In this document: positions 48,756 to 57,201 of the stretch, piece by piece
Position numbering within the stretch: the stretch's first letter is position 1
Layout: each line of letters starts with the position of its first letter
Source of the DNA: Candidatus Latescibacterota bacterium
Lineage (GTDB): Bacteria > Latescibacterota > UBA2968 > UBA8231
DNA length: 64,000 nt
Assembly (NCBI GenBank): GCA_965215195.1
Contig: CBDCDC010000002.1
Location: 4,640,001-4,704,000, forward strand
Direction of reading: 5' to 3'
Position numbers and translations under genes: made by a program
The notes under the pieces: model-generated
The model's input: the letters and a program-made list of their open reading frames with translations, nothing else
Told to the model about the DNA's origin: nothing
Databases searched by the model: none

Positions 48756-49850
48756 CTACTCCGTCGGCACCAGCCGCAAAATCCGCCCCGGGTCTTCCAC
48801 CGCGAGATAGATCGCGCCGTCCGGCCCGGTCTGCACGTCGCGCATCCGCGACTGGCCGCGATAGACGATCTCCTCGTGTACCACTTCTGTGCCCGCCAAT
48901 CGCAGCCGGTGCAGGCGGTTGAAGCGCAGCGAGGTAGCCAGCAGGTCGTTTTGCCACTTGCCGAAGCACTCGCCGGTGTAAAAGTCAATGCCGCAGACCG
49001 CTATCGACGGCACCCAATAGGTCTGTGGCTGCTCCATGCCCTCGGCGTGGGTTTGGTCGGCAATGACCGGCCAGCCGTAGTTTAGGCCGCGGCGCACGTG
49101 GTTGAGTTCGTCTCCGCCCTTGGGGTCGTGCTCGGCCGCCCACAATTGGCCAGTCTCCGGGTGCAGGGCCATTCCCTGTGGGTTGCGGTGGCCGTAGGAC
49201 CAGATTGACGCAATGGCTCCGTCGTCCCCGACAAAAGGGTTGTCGGCCGGTACGCCGCCGCTGTCGTGTAAGCGGTGGATCTTGCCGTTGGGCAGCTTCA
49301 CGTTCTGAGCGAGGGGCCGCTGACCGCGGTCGCCGATCGCAAAGTACAGGTAGCCCTCGCGGTCGAAGACGATGCGCGAGCCGTAGTGGTGGGAGTGCCG
49401 AGTGTAGAATTGGTCCGGGACGCGATAAACCACTTCCACATCGACCAACCCCTCCTCTTGCAGACGCCCACGACTAATGGCCGTATAGCTCAACATGCCG
49501 CCCAAAGGCCCGGGCAGCGGATCCGAATAACTGAGGTAAATCCAGCCGGTCTCCGCGTACTGGGGGTGCAAGGCCACGTCCATCAGCCCGCCCTGTCCCT
49601 TGGCGCGCACCTTGGGCACGCCGGCGATAGCCGGCGAAACTGCGCCGCCTGTGCCGACGATGCGCAGCCGCCCTTCGCGCTCGGTGACCAACAAGCGCCC
49701 ATCGGGCAGAAAAGCGAGCCCCCACGGTACGCCCAAGCCGGTGGCGAAAGTCTCGACGCGAAAGGTGTATTCCTCGGATTGGACGATCTGTTGGGCCGCG
49801 GCTTTTCCTGTGGCAGTGAGGATGCAAACTAGATAGACGCTGTACTGCAT
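48756..49850 (-). CDS. PQQ-dependent glucose/sorbosone dehydrogenase (YliI-like)
   Basis: PWGLAFLPDG, GQGGLMDV, HYGSR, GHRNPQG, GGDELN, NYGWP. Confidence 0.9.
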   Translation of the reverse strand: MQYSVYLVCILTATGKAAAQQIVQSEEYTFRVETFATGLGVPWGLAFLPDGRLLVTEREGRLRIVGTGGAVSPAIAGVPKVRAKGQGGLMDVALHPQYAETGWIYLSYSDPLPGPLGGMLSYTAISRGRLQEEGLVDVEVVYRVPDQFYTRHSHHYGSRIVFDREGYLYFAIGDRGQRPLAQNVKLPNGKIHRLHDSGGVPADNPFVGDDGAIASIWSYGHRNPQGMALHPETGQLWAAEHDPKGGDELNHVRRGLNYGWPVIADQTHAEGMEQPQTYWVPSIAVCGIDFYTGECFGKWQNDLLATSLRFNRLHRLRLAGTEVVHEEIVYRGQSRMRDVQTGPDGAIYLAVEDPGRILRLVPTE

Positions 49851-49938
49851 GTTTTTTCTTCAGTAATACCCTCGCCGGCTGGGCCTAGGCTTTGCAGTCG
49901 ATGAGGACGCGCTGGTGCGGATGGCCCTCCCCTTGGCA

Positions 49939-50850
49939 CTAGGGTCGGTACGGCTCGCCCGTGCGCCGCAGCTTCTTGGTCACCGCGATCTGACAGGTCG
50001 CGTACCCGCCCATGTAGCCGGTGGCAAAGCCCGGGCGCGCGTCCCCAATGGTGCCGACGATCATGTTGGCGTATTCGTACGTGGTGTCGTAGCGGTCGCA
50101 AAGGAGGGCCACCATTTCGAGCCACGCCGCTTTGAGCGCATCGCCCCACTCGGCTGCGCGCGCACTGGTGAGGTATTCCTCGGCGTCTTCTACGACGCAG
50201 GTGGTCTCGACCACCGGGCTGCTGTTGGGAAACCCGGGCGAGCGATCCACCTTGAGGGTGATGGCCGAGTCGATCTCGACCCCGGCCCCGGTCAACTCGC
50301 CATCGCCCATGCGCGCGTGGACATCGCCCAGCGAGAGCAGACCCCCGGGCTTTTGTGCGCGGATGTGGACGGTGCTGCCGGGCTGGATGGCGTTGAAGTC
50401 CATGTTGCCGCCGTGATCTATGGCGTTGGGTGCCCACGATTCGAGCTGGACGACGCCGATCATGGGCCGCACTGGCACGACAAAATCCGGCGGAAAGTGA
50501 ATCAGCCCGTCGCGCACCGGTGCCACGCAGCGCCAATTGCCCCAATTGGGGCCGCCGTTGCGATAGAAGCCATAGGGGCCGACCTCGATAGCCGCGATCT
50601 CCATGGCCACCCAATCGTCCGGCTCAATGCCCTCGATGAGAAAGGGGCCGCCGGGGCGGGCGTAGCGGCGATGGCTCTCGCCGGAAGTGATCATGCCGGC
50701 GCGGGTCTCCCCGGCCGCTTCAAAGTCGTTGTCCGCTCCGCCAATGGTCTCGATAACGACGGTTTCTCCGAGCGCCAAAGTGCCGCGCACTTGGCCGATT
50801 TCCGGGTCGTCCGGCCCGCTGTAATGGGGGGTGCGGGTAAAGCGACGCAT
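49939..50850 (-). CDS. Acetamidase/formamidase family protein
   Basis: GPF.IEG, PMIGV, HGGNMD, GDVHARMGDGE. Confidence 0.88.
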   Translation of the reverse strand: MRRFTRTPHYSGPDDPEIGQVRGTLALGETVVIETIGGADNDFEAAGETRAGMITSGESHRRYARPGGPFLIEGIEPDDWVAMEIAAIEVGPYGFYRNGGPNWGNWRCVAPVRDGLIHFPPDFVVPVRPMIGVVQLESWAPNAIDHGGNMDFNAIQPGSTVHIRAQKPGGLLSLGDVHARMGDGELTGAGVEIDSAITLKVDRSPGFPNSSPVVETTCVVEDAEEYLTSARAAEWGDALKAAWLEMVALLCDRYDTTYEYANMIVGTIGDARPGFATGYMGGYATCQIAVTKKLRRTGEPYRP

Positions 50851-50865
50851 ACGCGTTCTCCTTTG

Positions 50866-51663
50866 CTAGTGACGCCCCTCGGCAAACGGAAAGGTCCCGT
50901 TGTATCCGAGTGCAGCTATGGCCGGCAGCGGCGAGCTGACAAAGGGAATCCCCGGGAACATCGGCGTCTGCTGGTAGTGCAGCACCACGTTGCAGCGGAT
51001 TGGGGCGTCGGCTTCTTCCTTTAACTTCGCGCCTTGGTGCGGGATGTGGCTGAAAAACACCACTGCGTCGCCGGTCATGGGATGCAGGTGGATGTGCTCC
51101 TGCCGCTCGCACCACTGGTAAAAGGGGTTGTCGGAATTGTACCCGCCTAGGTGGCGGATTTCTTGCGGTAGGGCGTTGTGGCAGAAGTTGTTGATGAAGG
51201 TCAAGCGCCCGGTCTCTGGCGCGTTGTCCGTCAGGTAAAACGTGGTGTTTATACACAGTGGCCGCAGCGCGTGCCGCGCCTCGTCGGGCGCGTCCCAATA
51301 ATAGCCAAAATCCTTGTGCCATTCCTGAGTATAAGCGCCTGGATTGATGTGTGCGCGAAAGCTCCGCAACTGGCATTGCCGCCCGAGCATGGCCCGCAAA
51401 TGCGGCGCGACCGAGGGATGGCCGACCATGGGCCGGGCCAGCTCGGGTTCCTGTTCCAGCAAGTGGTCAAACGCCACATTGCCCACTTCGTTGCTAATGT
51501 CCCATTCCCGGCGCTCGTACTTCCGCACCAAGCACGCCCGCCAAGCCAGCACCACGTCCTCGGGCAGTGCGTTGCGCACCAATAGAAACCCGTGCCGGTC
51601 GAGCGCGTCGAGCTGGTCCTCCAGCTCGGGGATTTGGGCAGTATCGGCGATAATTTCGCTCAT
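50866..51663 (-). CDS. Phytanoyl-CoA dioxygenase (PhyH) family Fe/2OG enzyme
   Basis: GFLLVRNAL, WHKD, YLTD, GDAVVF..H. Confidence 0.85.
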   Translation of the reverse strand: MSEIIADTAQIPELEDQLDALDRHGFLLVRNALPEDVVLAWRACLVRKYERREWDISNEVGNVAFDHLLEQEPELARPMVGHPSVAPHLRAMLGRQCQLRSFRAHINPGAYTQEWHKDFGYYWDAPDEARHALRPLCINTTFYLTDNAPETGRLTFINNFCHNALPQEIRHLGGYNSDNPFYQWCERQEHIHLHPMTGDAVVFFSHIPHQGAKLKEEADAPIRCNVVLHYQQTPMFPGIPFVSSPLPAIAALGYNGTFPFAEGRH

Positions 51664-51770
51664 GGAAAAGCTCCTTGATCGGTGAAAAATTAGCGGCCGT
51701 TTATTGTTTTTCTGCCGGGCTGGATGTTGCGCCTAAAGGCGCGGAATGACAGCGCTCCGGCTTTTGCCTA

Positions 51771-52481
51771 CTACTCACGCCGCGCAAAATACCGCTCCCA
51801 ACGCTCGGTCGGCGCAAAGCCCAAGATGCGCCGGGCCTTATCGACATTGTACTTCCCGTGCCCCTCATAGCTAAGCAAGTTGAACTCCTGAAAGCAGTCT
51901 GGCACTTGTGGAATTTCCAAGGCCAGCCGACAGGCGTGCTGCAAGTCCTCCCACACCAGCGTAAACGGCGGAAAATCCCCGGCCCTTTGCGTCGGCCGCG
52001 GCCCCAAGCCATTGAACAAAAAGCTGATCGTCTGAATGTGGTATGCCCGCGCGTACGTCCGGCAAATCTCGCTCGCCAAGCCCTTCGTCAGGCAGTAATA
52101 ACCCGTGGTCAAAACCGGCGGCACCTCGGCAATGTCAAAGTCGTGATCGTACGTGCGGCGGACGAACTGCGGGCCGGTGTGAATCACCTTTTTGATCCCG
52201 TGCTCGGCCGCGGCCTGCATCACGTGGAGTGCCCCGCGCGTGTTGACGTGAAAGCTCTGTTCGGGATGATCGCGCACGACCGTGAAATTCGCGATCGCGT
52301 CCATGCCCGCGGCCGCGTCCCGCACCTGCGCCCGCGACGACACATCGCAATGCACGACGGCTCTGCCATCCGGGTGAGGGGCAATGTCGGCCAGCGTCAG
52401 ATCGTATATGTCTTCGAGGCCGGGCAGCAGATTGGGGGCGATCATCCCCGAAGCCCCTAACAGCAATACCTTTTTCTTCAA
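51771..52481 (-). CDS. NAD-dependent epimerase/dehydratase
   Basis: LLGASGMI, YCLTK. Confidence 0.85.
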   Translation of the reverse strand: MKKKVLLLGASGMIAPNLLPGLEDIYDLTLADIAPHPDGRAVVHCDVSSRAQVRDAAAGMDAIANFTVVRDHPEQSFHVNTRGALHVMQAAAEHGIKKVIHTGPQFVRRTYDHDFDIAEVPPVLTTGYYCLTKGLASEICRTYARAYHIQTISFLFNGLGPRPTQRAGDFPPFTLVWEDLQHACRLALEIPQVPDCFQEFNLLSYEGHGKYNVDKARRILGFAPTERWERYFARRE

Positions 52482-53215
52482 GACGCGCCTCCGCGAAACT
52501 CGCGCTGCGGCCGATAGCCCATGGACTTAGCACGGTCGAGCAAAAACTTGGGATGGGCGAGGGGCGCGGCAATGTGGTACACGGCCCAGCGCGGCACCCA
52601 ATCTAAGGACGCGCTCGCGTCCCGCGCCAACGCCGCGCAAAACGCCTGCGCCGCATCGCGAATATCGACCCACATCAAATCGCGTTCCCGCCCGGCGACC
52701 TCCTCCTCCCGCACCAGCTTGCCGAGGCGCAACGCCGTGACCGAAATGGGATACTCGCGCGCAAATTCGCGGCACGTGATCTCGCCCAGATACCGCGCCA
52801 GCACCGCCAACTCGGGCGGTGGCAGTGGCTTGTAATGCTCGGTGACGTACACCGCGTCGGGGTACGCGCGGAACACTTCGAGGGTGCTGCCGTATACAAA
52901 CCGCTTGACGCCCGCTTCCACCGCCGCCTGCAACAGCACGTGCGTACCGCGCGTCGCTCGGTCGAGCAGGGCCTCTGCGCTTTCGGGCGCGGGCGGCGGC
53001 TCGCCCGTGTGGACGACGGCATCTACATGGCGCACCGCCTGCCATACCGCGTCCGAATCCGTCAGCCGGGCTTCGATCCATTCGACATCTTGCGGCCGCG
53101 CCGCCCAGTCGTCCAGCAGCCGCAGTTGCGCGTTTTCATTCGCGGCCAGCGCGGCGGCTACCTCTCGGCCCAATGCACTAGCCGCGCCCGTAATCAATAC
53201 CCGCATCAACCGCAT
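52478..53215 (-). CDS. NAD-dependent epimerase/dehydratase-like protein
   Basis: VLITGA, AAVEAGVKRFVYGST; canonical YxxxK degenerate. Confidence 0.8.
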   Translation of the reverse strand: MRLMRVLITGAASALGREVAAALAANENAQLRLLDDWAARPQDVEWIEARLTDSDAVWQAVRHVDAVVHTGEPPPAPESAEALLDRATRGTHVLLQAAVEAGVKRFVYGSTLEVFRAYPDAVYVTEHYKPLPPPELAVLARYLGEITCREFAREYPISVTALRLGKLVREEEVAGRERDLMWVDIRDAAQAFCAALARDASASLDWVPRWAVYHIAAPLAHPKFLLDRAKSMGYRPQREFRGGAS

Positions 53216-53218
53216 CCT

Positions 53219-54361
53219 CTAGCGGAACCAATCGTACGTCAGCGCCAAGCTGCGGTCGGCCAGCGGCAATTCCACCCGCTCGCCGCCCCGAGCGGCCGAC
53301 TGCTTCAGCCCCAGTTCCACCTCCAGCGCGACCGCGACCCGGCGGCCGGAATTTTTCGGCTCGTCCAACCGCCCCTCCATGCAGGCGATCAGGTCGTCGA
53401 GGCAATACACCGTCCGCATGCCCGGCAAAAACTGCGGCGCCGGCCACGGCATTTCCACCCGCCCGGCGGCCGGCGTTTCCACGTCTTGATAGAGCCGCCA
53501 CCGATTGTGCTCAAAGACGACCTCCCCCCGACTCCCGGAAATCCGCACTTCGGGCGCACCAGCGCGGATGTGGACCACCAAGCCATCGCGGCACGCGATC
53601 ATCCCCTGCCCCATGAACTCAGTGCTGCCGCGCTCCCGGCGCGGCTGATCGCCCGTGCCGCACACCCAGATCGGATCGCCGGTCAAAAAGTAGGTCCAGT
53701 CCTGATGCTGAGCCAAAACTGGGACCCGCGCTTCGAGCGACCGCACCTTGCCAATCGCCCCCGCCTGCACCAGCGACTTGGCCCGCGCAAACGACGGATG
53801 CGAGACGCTCGTCGCCCCGCCCACCAGCGGCACGCCGGCCTCGGCGCACGCTCCGACCATGGCGTCGGCCTCGGCCAGCGAGAACGCCATCGGTTTATCT
53901 ACCAACACGCCCCGCACCCCGGCGGCGACCGCTGCCACCGTCAGTGCGGACCGCCCCTCCGTATTCGTGGCAATTGCTGCGATGTCCAGCCGCTCCTCGT
54001 CCAACATCGCCAGCGCATCCGCGTACAAGGCTGCAATGCCGTAGCGCTCCCCGAATAGGACCCGCCGCCGCGGATCTCGGTCGGCCCCGGCCACCAATTC
54101 CACTTCGGGCCGGTCGCAAAGGGCCGCAGCATACGAAGTAGCCAACCCCTCCCGCCCGGGGTGATCGTACAGGTGAAACGTCCGCTTGACATCGAGCCCG
54201 TCCGGCAGGGGTCGGTCGGCACTTTCGACATCGTACACGGGGTTTTCGTGCGGCCCGAGGATGCGCTCGTAATCGCGCTTCCCCAAGTCGTAGAGCATCC
54301 CCATCCACCCCAAGCCAATGACGCCGGCGCGATACTTTTTTGGTTCTGTCGCTAAGGACAC
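53219..54361 (-). CDS. Gfo/Idh/MocA oxidoreductase
   Basis: GVIGLGWMG, LDI..IAT, DKPMA. Confidence 0.82.
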   Translation of the reverse strand: MSLATEPKKYRAGVIGLGWMGMLYDLGKRDYERILGPHENPVYDVESADRPLPDGLDVKRTFHLYDHPGREGLATSYAAALCDRPEVELVAGADRDPRRRVLFGERYGIAALYADALAMLDEERLDIAAIATNTEGRSALTVAAVAAGVRGVLVDKPMAFSLAEADAMVGACAEAGVPLVGGATSVSHPSFARAKSLVQAGAIGKVRSLEARVPVLAQHQDWTYFLTGDPIWVCGTGDQPRRERGSTEFMGQGMIACRDGLVVHIRAGAPEVRISGSRGEVVFEHNRWRLYQDVETPAAGRVEMPWPAPQFLPGMRTVYCLDDLIACMEGRLDEPKNSGRRVAVALEVELGLKQSAARGGERVELPLADRSLALTYDWFR

Positions 54362-54441
54362 GACCCCTCCTGTGGGTACGTTCGTGCTTGATGTAGGACG
54401 CCCTTGAATGCGAATGCGTTATCAATCATATAGGCGTAAAC

Positions 54442-54593
54442 CTTAGTACACGACCCCTAAAGTAAGCGACCCTTACTTTGAGTACGCCTTTTCTGCGGTT
54501 TCCGCTGGGTGCGGGATCGAGGGCGTCCCGTCCTCGCCGAGGGCAAGATGCCCTCGATCCTTGGCCGGCTGAAGGCTGGTGGCGTGTAGTAAG
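54442..54593 (-). mobile_element. MITE copy C (152 bp)
   Basis: Near-identical to copy B; perfect 9-bp target duplication GGCGTAAAC (54433-54441, 54594-54602). Confidence 0.92.
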
Positions 54594-54626
54594 GGCGTAA
54601 ACTATTGATAAAATTGATAAACATTG

Positions 54627-54643
54627 GCGGGCAAGCTGCCCGC
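54627..54643. repeat. REP-like hairpin singlet
   Basis: GCGGGCAAGCTGCCCGC palindrome related to the GAGGGCAAGATGCCCTC MITE core. Confidence 0.5.
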
Positions 54644-54700
54644 GCCCCCGGCGGAAACCTTAGAGTTAGGGCTTTCCACTGGGCTGCGGGTGGGGTGCGG

Positions 54701-54928
54701 TCAGAGTTTGATGACGGCGATGAGGACGCCGGTGATGGCCACCAACGTGCCCATTATCCAAAGGAAATAGGTGTCCATGCGCTTGTTGGTTTCGTCGATG
54801 CGGTCATGTCCGGCTCTTATTTGGACTCGCAGGTCTTGAATGTCGTCGCGCAGGTAGCTAATGACCCAAGGCATTTCTCCGGGGGTGGGGGGGACCGCAC
54901 GGGTTGGAGGATCGGTGCTTTCGCTCAT
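54701..54928 (-). CDS. Small coiled-coil protein with C-terminal membrane anchor
   Basis: AGGAG RBS; LRDDIQDLR..RIDETNKRMD then hydrophobic WIMGTLVAITGVLIAVIKL. Confidence 0.7.
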   Translation of the reverse strand: MSESTDPPTRAVPPTPGEMPWVISYLRDDIQDLRVQIRAGHDRIDETNKRMDTYFLWIMGTLVAITGVLIAVIKL

Positions 54929-55224
54929 GGCGGGGCTCCTGTGTTAGGGGCAATATAAACCGAGTGCTAAAAACCACCAAGCGGCGGCTTTCGTGCGCGT
55001 ACCCTGCAATATCCATCCAGTGCCGACGGTCTGATAGGGCGGCTCGTGGTCGGCGCAAGCTGTGTCGAATAGTACCCATGTGTTACATGGTTGGATAGCA
55101 TATCGCAGCAAGACGAGCTTGCGCGTCAAGACGCCCTCGGCGGAGGTACATGCCGCTGGCCAAGGGGCGGCTCTGTTTCTGTGCAGCCCGATAGATTTGC
55201 TGTCTCAAACCTTTAATGGCTTTT

Positions 55225-55328
55225 CTAACTACACGACACCAATAACTTGTCGTTGATGGGCGATGCGTCCGGGATCGAGGGCAAGATGCCCTCGATCCGA
55301 GGGTAAGGCCCTACTGTCGTGTACTTAG
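55225..55328 (+). mobile_element. MITE copy E (104 bp, subfamily 2)
   Basis: TIRs CTAACTACACGACA / TGTCGTGTACTTAG; flanking TGGCTTTT duplication; central GGATCGAGGGCAAGATGCCCTCGATCC palindrome. Confidence 0.88.
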
Positions 55329-55513
55329 TGGCTTTTTTTAGTTTGACACCAGTCGATGTCTCGCCCATTTTGCCATCTCTCAGGTCTGTTCGCTGTTCGC
55401 ATCGCCTGTCGATTCGGGGTTCTTACAGCTATCCTGTGGCACGTCAGCCCTCTTGATTGCTCATGCGCAACCTGCTCGCCGCCTGTCTAGCTCGCATCTC
55501 GCTCCAGACCGCA

Positions 55514-57160
55514 GTGAAATCCCTCATTGCACTCGTCCTCCTAGCCCTGCTCGGCTGTGCGCCCGACGAGGTGGTCCTCGCCAAGATCGCAGATTCCGAG
55601 ATAACGGAGGCCGAGTTGGCGGAATTTGTCGCCCGGTTGCCCAAACATCTGCGCAGCGACGAGCAGGGAATTGAGGCGGACCGAGAACACCTCGAGTCCA
55701 TGGTTGACCAAGAGTTGCTCCTGCTAGAGGCGAGGAGCCGGGGGCTGGACACGGCCGCAGCGCTAGTCCAGCAAATGGAGGACGCCGTGCGGCGACGCCT
55801 GTCCATGCGCTACCAGCGCGAGGTGATCGCGTCGAAGATAGACATCGGCCCCAAGGAGATTGAACGCGCCTTCCGCGACATGGGCTTCGACCGAGAGCGC
55901 CTGCTGAACCGCATCGTCGTAAGCGGAAGCCAACGGGACGCACAGGCCGTGCTCGAGCAGCTCGAAGCCGGAAGAGAGTTCTCCGACCTAGCGAGAGAGC
56001 ATTCCGCAAACGACGCCAAGGCCGACTCAAACGGCGCGATCGGCTGGATTGGGTTGACCCAGCTCAAGCGCTTCCTGATTCCGCAGCGCGAGTTCCTCTC
56101 GCTCCCGGTCGACAAACCGGCGCTGATGCGCCTTTCGCCCGGGGCCTATCAGATCATCCAGTTCGCAGCAGACCGGGAGGCCCAGATCCAAACCTACCAA
56201 GAGGAGATTCTCAAACTACTTCACATGGAGCAGTGGTGGCGCCGCACCGAAGAGGAGGTCGAACTCCTCGGCCGAGCGCACGGCGTCCAGTTCCATGCGC
56301 AAGGGGTGCAGGCGTTGATCCAACGCGTCGAGAAACGCCAGAGCGAGTTGTCGGAGGAACAAGCGCGGCAACCCCTTTTCACGTTTGCCGACGGAAGCGT
56401 TATTACAGCGGCTGACTTCTTGACGCGGCTGCGAAAACTGGGCCGCAACTCGGCGGTGAAAGATAGTGCGCGGATCGTCGCCATGGCCGAGCAAGAGCTC
56501 CTCCATCCCTATTTGTTTAGCCTCGCGGCTCGCGAACGCGAGTGGCACGAGGAGGAGGGCTTTGTCGACTGGCGATCCCACACCCACACCGGACTGTTGC
56601 TGGACCGTCTGATGCAGCTCGAAGTGGAGGACCACCTTTCTCTTGCGGAAGCCGACTTGCAGGCCTACTACAATGCCAACCGCGAGAGTTTCCGCACGGC
56701 CGAAACGGTCCGCATCGAGGAAGTACACGTGCAGGACGAGGCCGCCGCCATGCAGTTGCGCGACGAAATAGAGCGGGGAGCGGAGTTTGCCGCAATCCTT
56801 CAGCGTCCCGGGGTGGCTTCGCACGGCATCCATAAAAGGGGCGGCGAGATGATCGTTCAGCCCCACCTCACGGGCGGTTTTCCAGAATTGGTTGAGGCTG
56901 CATTCGCCGCGCAAGAGGGCGAGTTGGTTGGTCCGGTTTACCTAGAGAAGCCGGATAGTTATGCCATTCTCCGGGTCCTCGAGCGGCAGCAGAGCCGCAG
57001 CAAATCCTTTGCAGAGGCCCGGAAGTCGGTCGAGTACGCGTTGCGTTTGCAGCAGCGAGACACCCTAATCTCCGGCTTCTTCCGGTCGCTGCGGGAGCAA
57101 TACGAGGACCGCATCGTCATCTTCGCCGACCGCTTGGAGCAGCGGCACCAGGGTCAGTAA
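55514..57160 (+). CDS. SurA/PrsA-like parvulin PPIase lipoprotein (two rotamase domains)
   Basis: Lipobox LLGC; FSDLAREHS..GAIGW and GAEFA..GG..EAAFA..GELVGPV. Confidence 0.8.
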   Translation: MKSLIALVLLALLGCAPDEVVLAKIADSEITEAELAEFVARLPKHLRSDEQGIEADREHLESMVDQELLLLEARSRGLDTAAALVQQMEDAVRRRLSMRYQREVIASKIDIGPKEIERAFRDMGFDRERLLNRIVVSGSQRDAQAVLEQLEAGREFSDLAREHSANDAKADSNGAIGWIGLTQLKRFLIPQREFLSLPVDKPALMRLSPGAYQIIQFAADREAQIQTYQEEILKLLHMEQWWRRTEEEVELLGRAHGVQFHAQGVQALIQRVEKRQSELSEEQARQPLFTFADGSVITAADFLTRLRKLGRNSAVKDSARIVAMAEQELLHPYLFSLAAREREWHEEEGFVDWRSHTHTGLLLDRLMQLEVEDHLSLAEADLQAYYNANRESFRTAETVRIEEVHVQDEAAAMQLRDEIERGAEFAAILQRPGVASHGIHKRGGEMIVQPHLTGGFPELVEAAFAAQEGELVGPVYLEKPDSYAILRVLERQQSRSKSFAEARKSVEYALRLQQRDTLISGFFRSLREQYEDRIVIFADRLEQRHQGQ

Positions 57161-57201
57161 CAGGTGGAGTCCGGCTCGCGCTTCATCAGCGAGGGAGCCA
57201 A

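Noticed and set aside
54858-55079. Minus-strand peptide RRHWMDIAGYA resembling DUF1549/DUF6378 motifs
   Set aside because: Isolated motif in a short ORF with no supporting context
12401-55328. Dispersed palindromic repeats as a CRISPR array
   Set aside because: Not regularly spaced, no spacers or cas genes; TIRs and target duplications indicate MITEs
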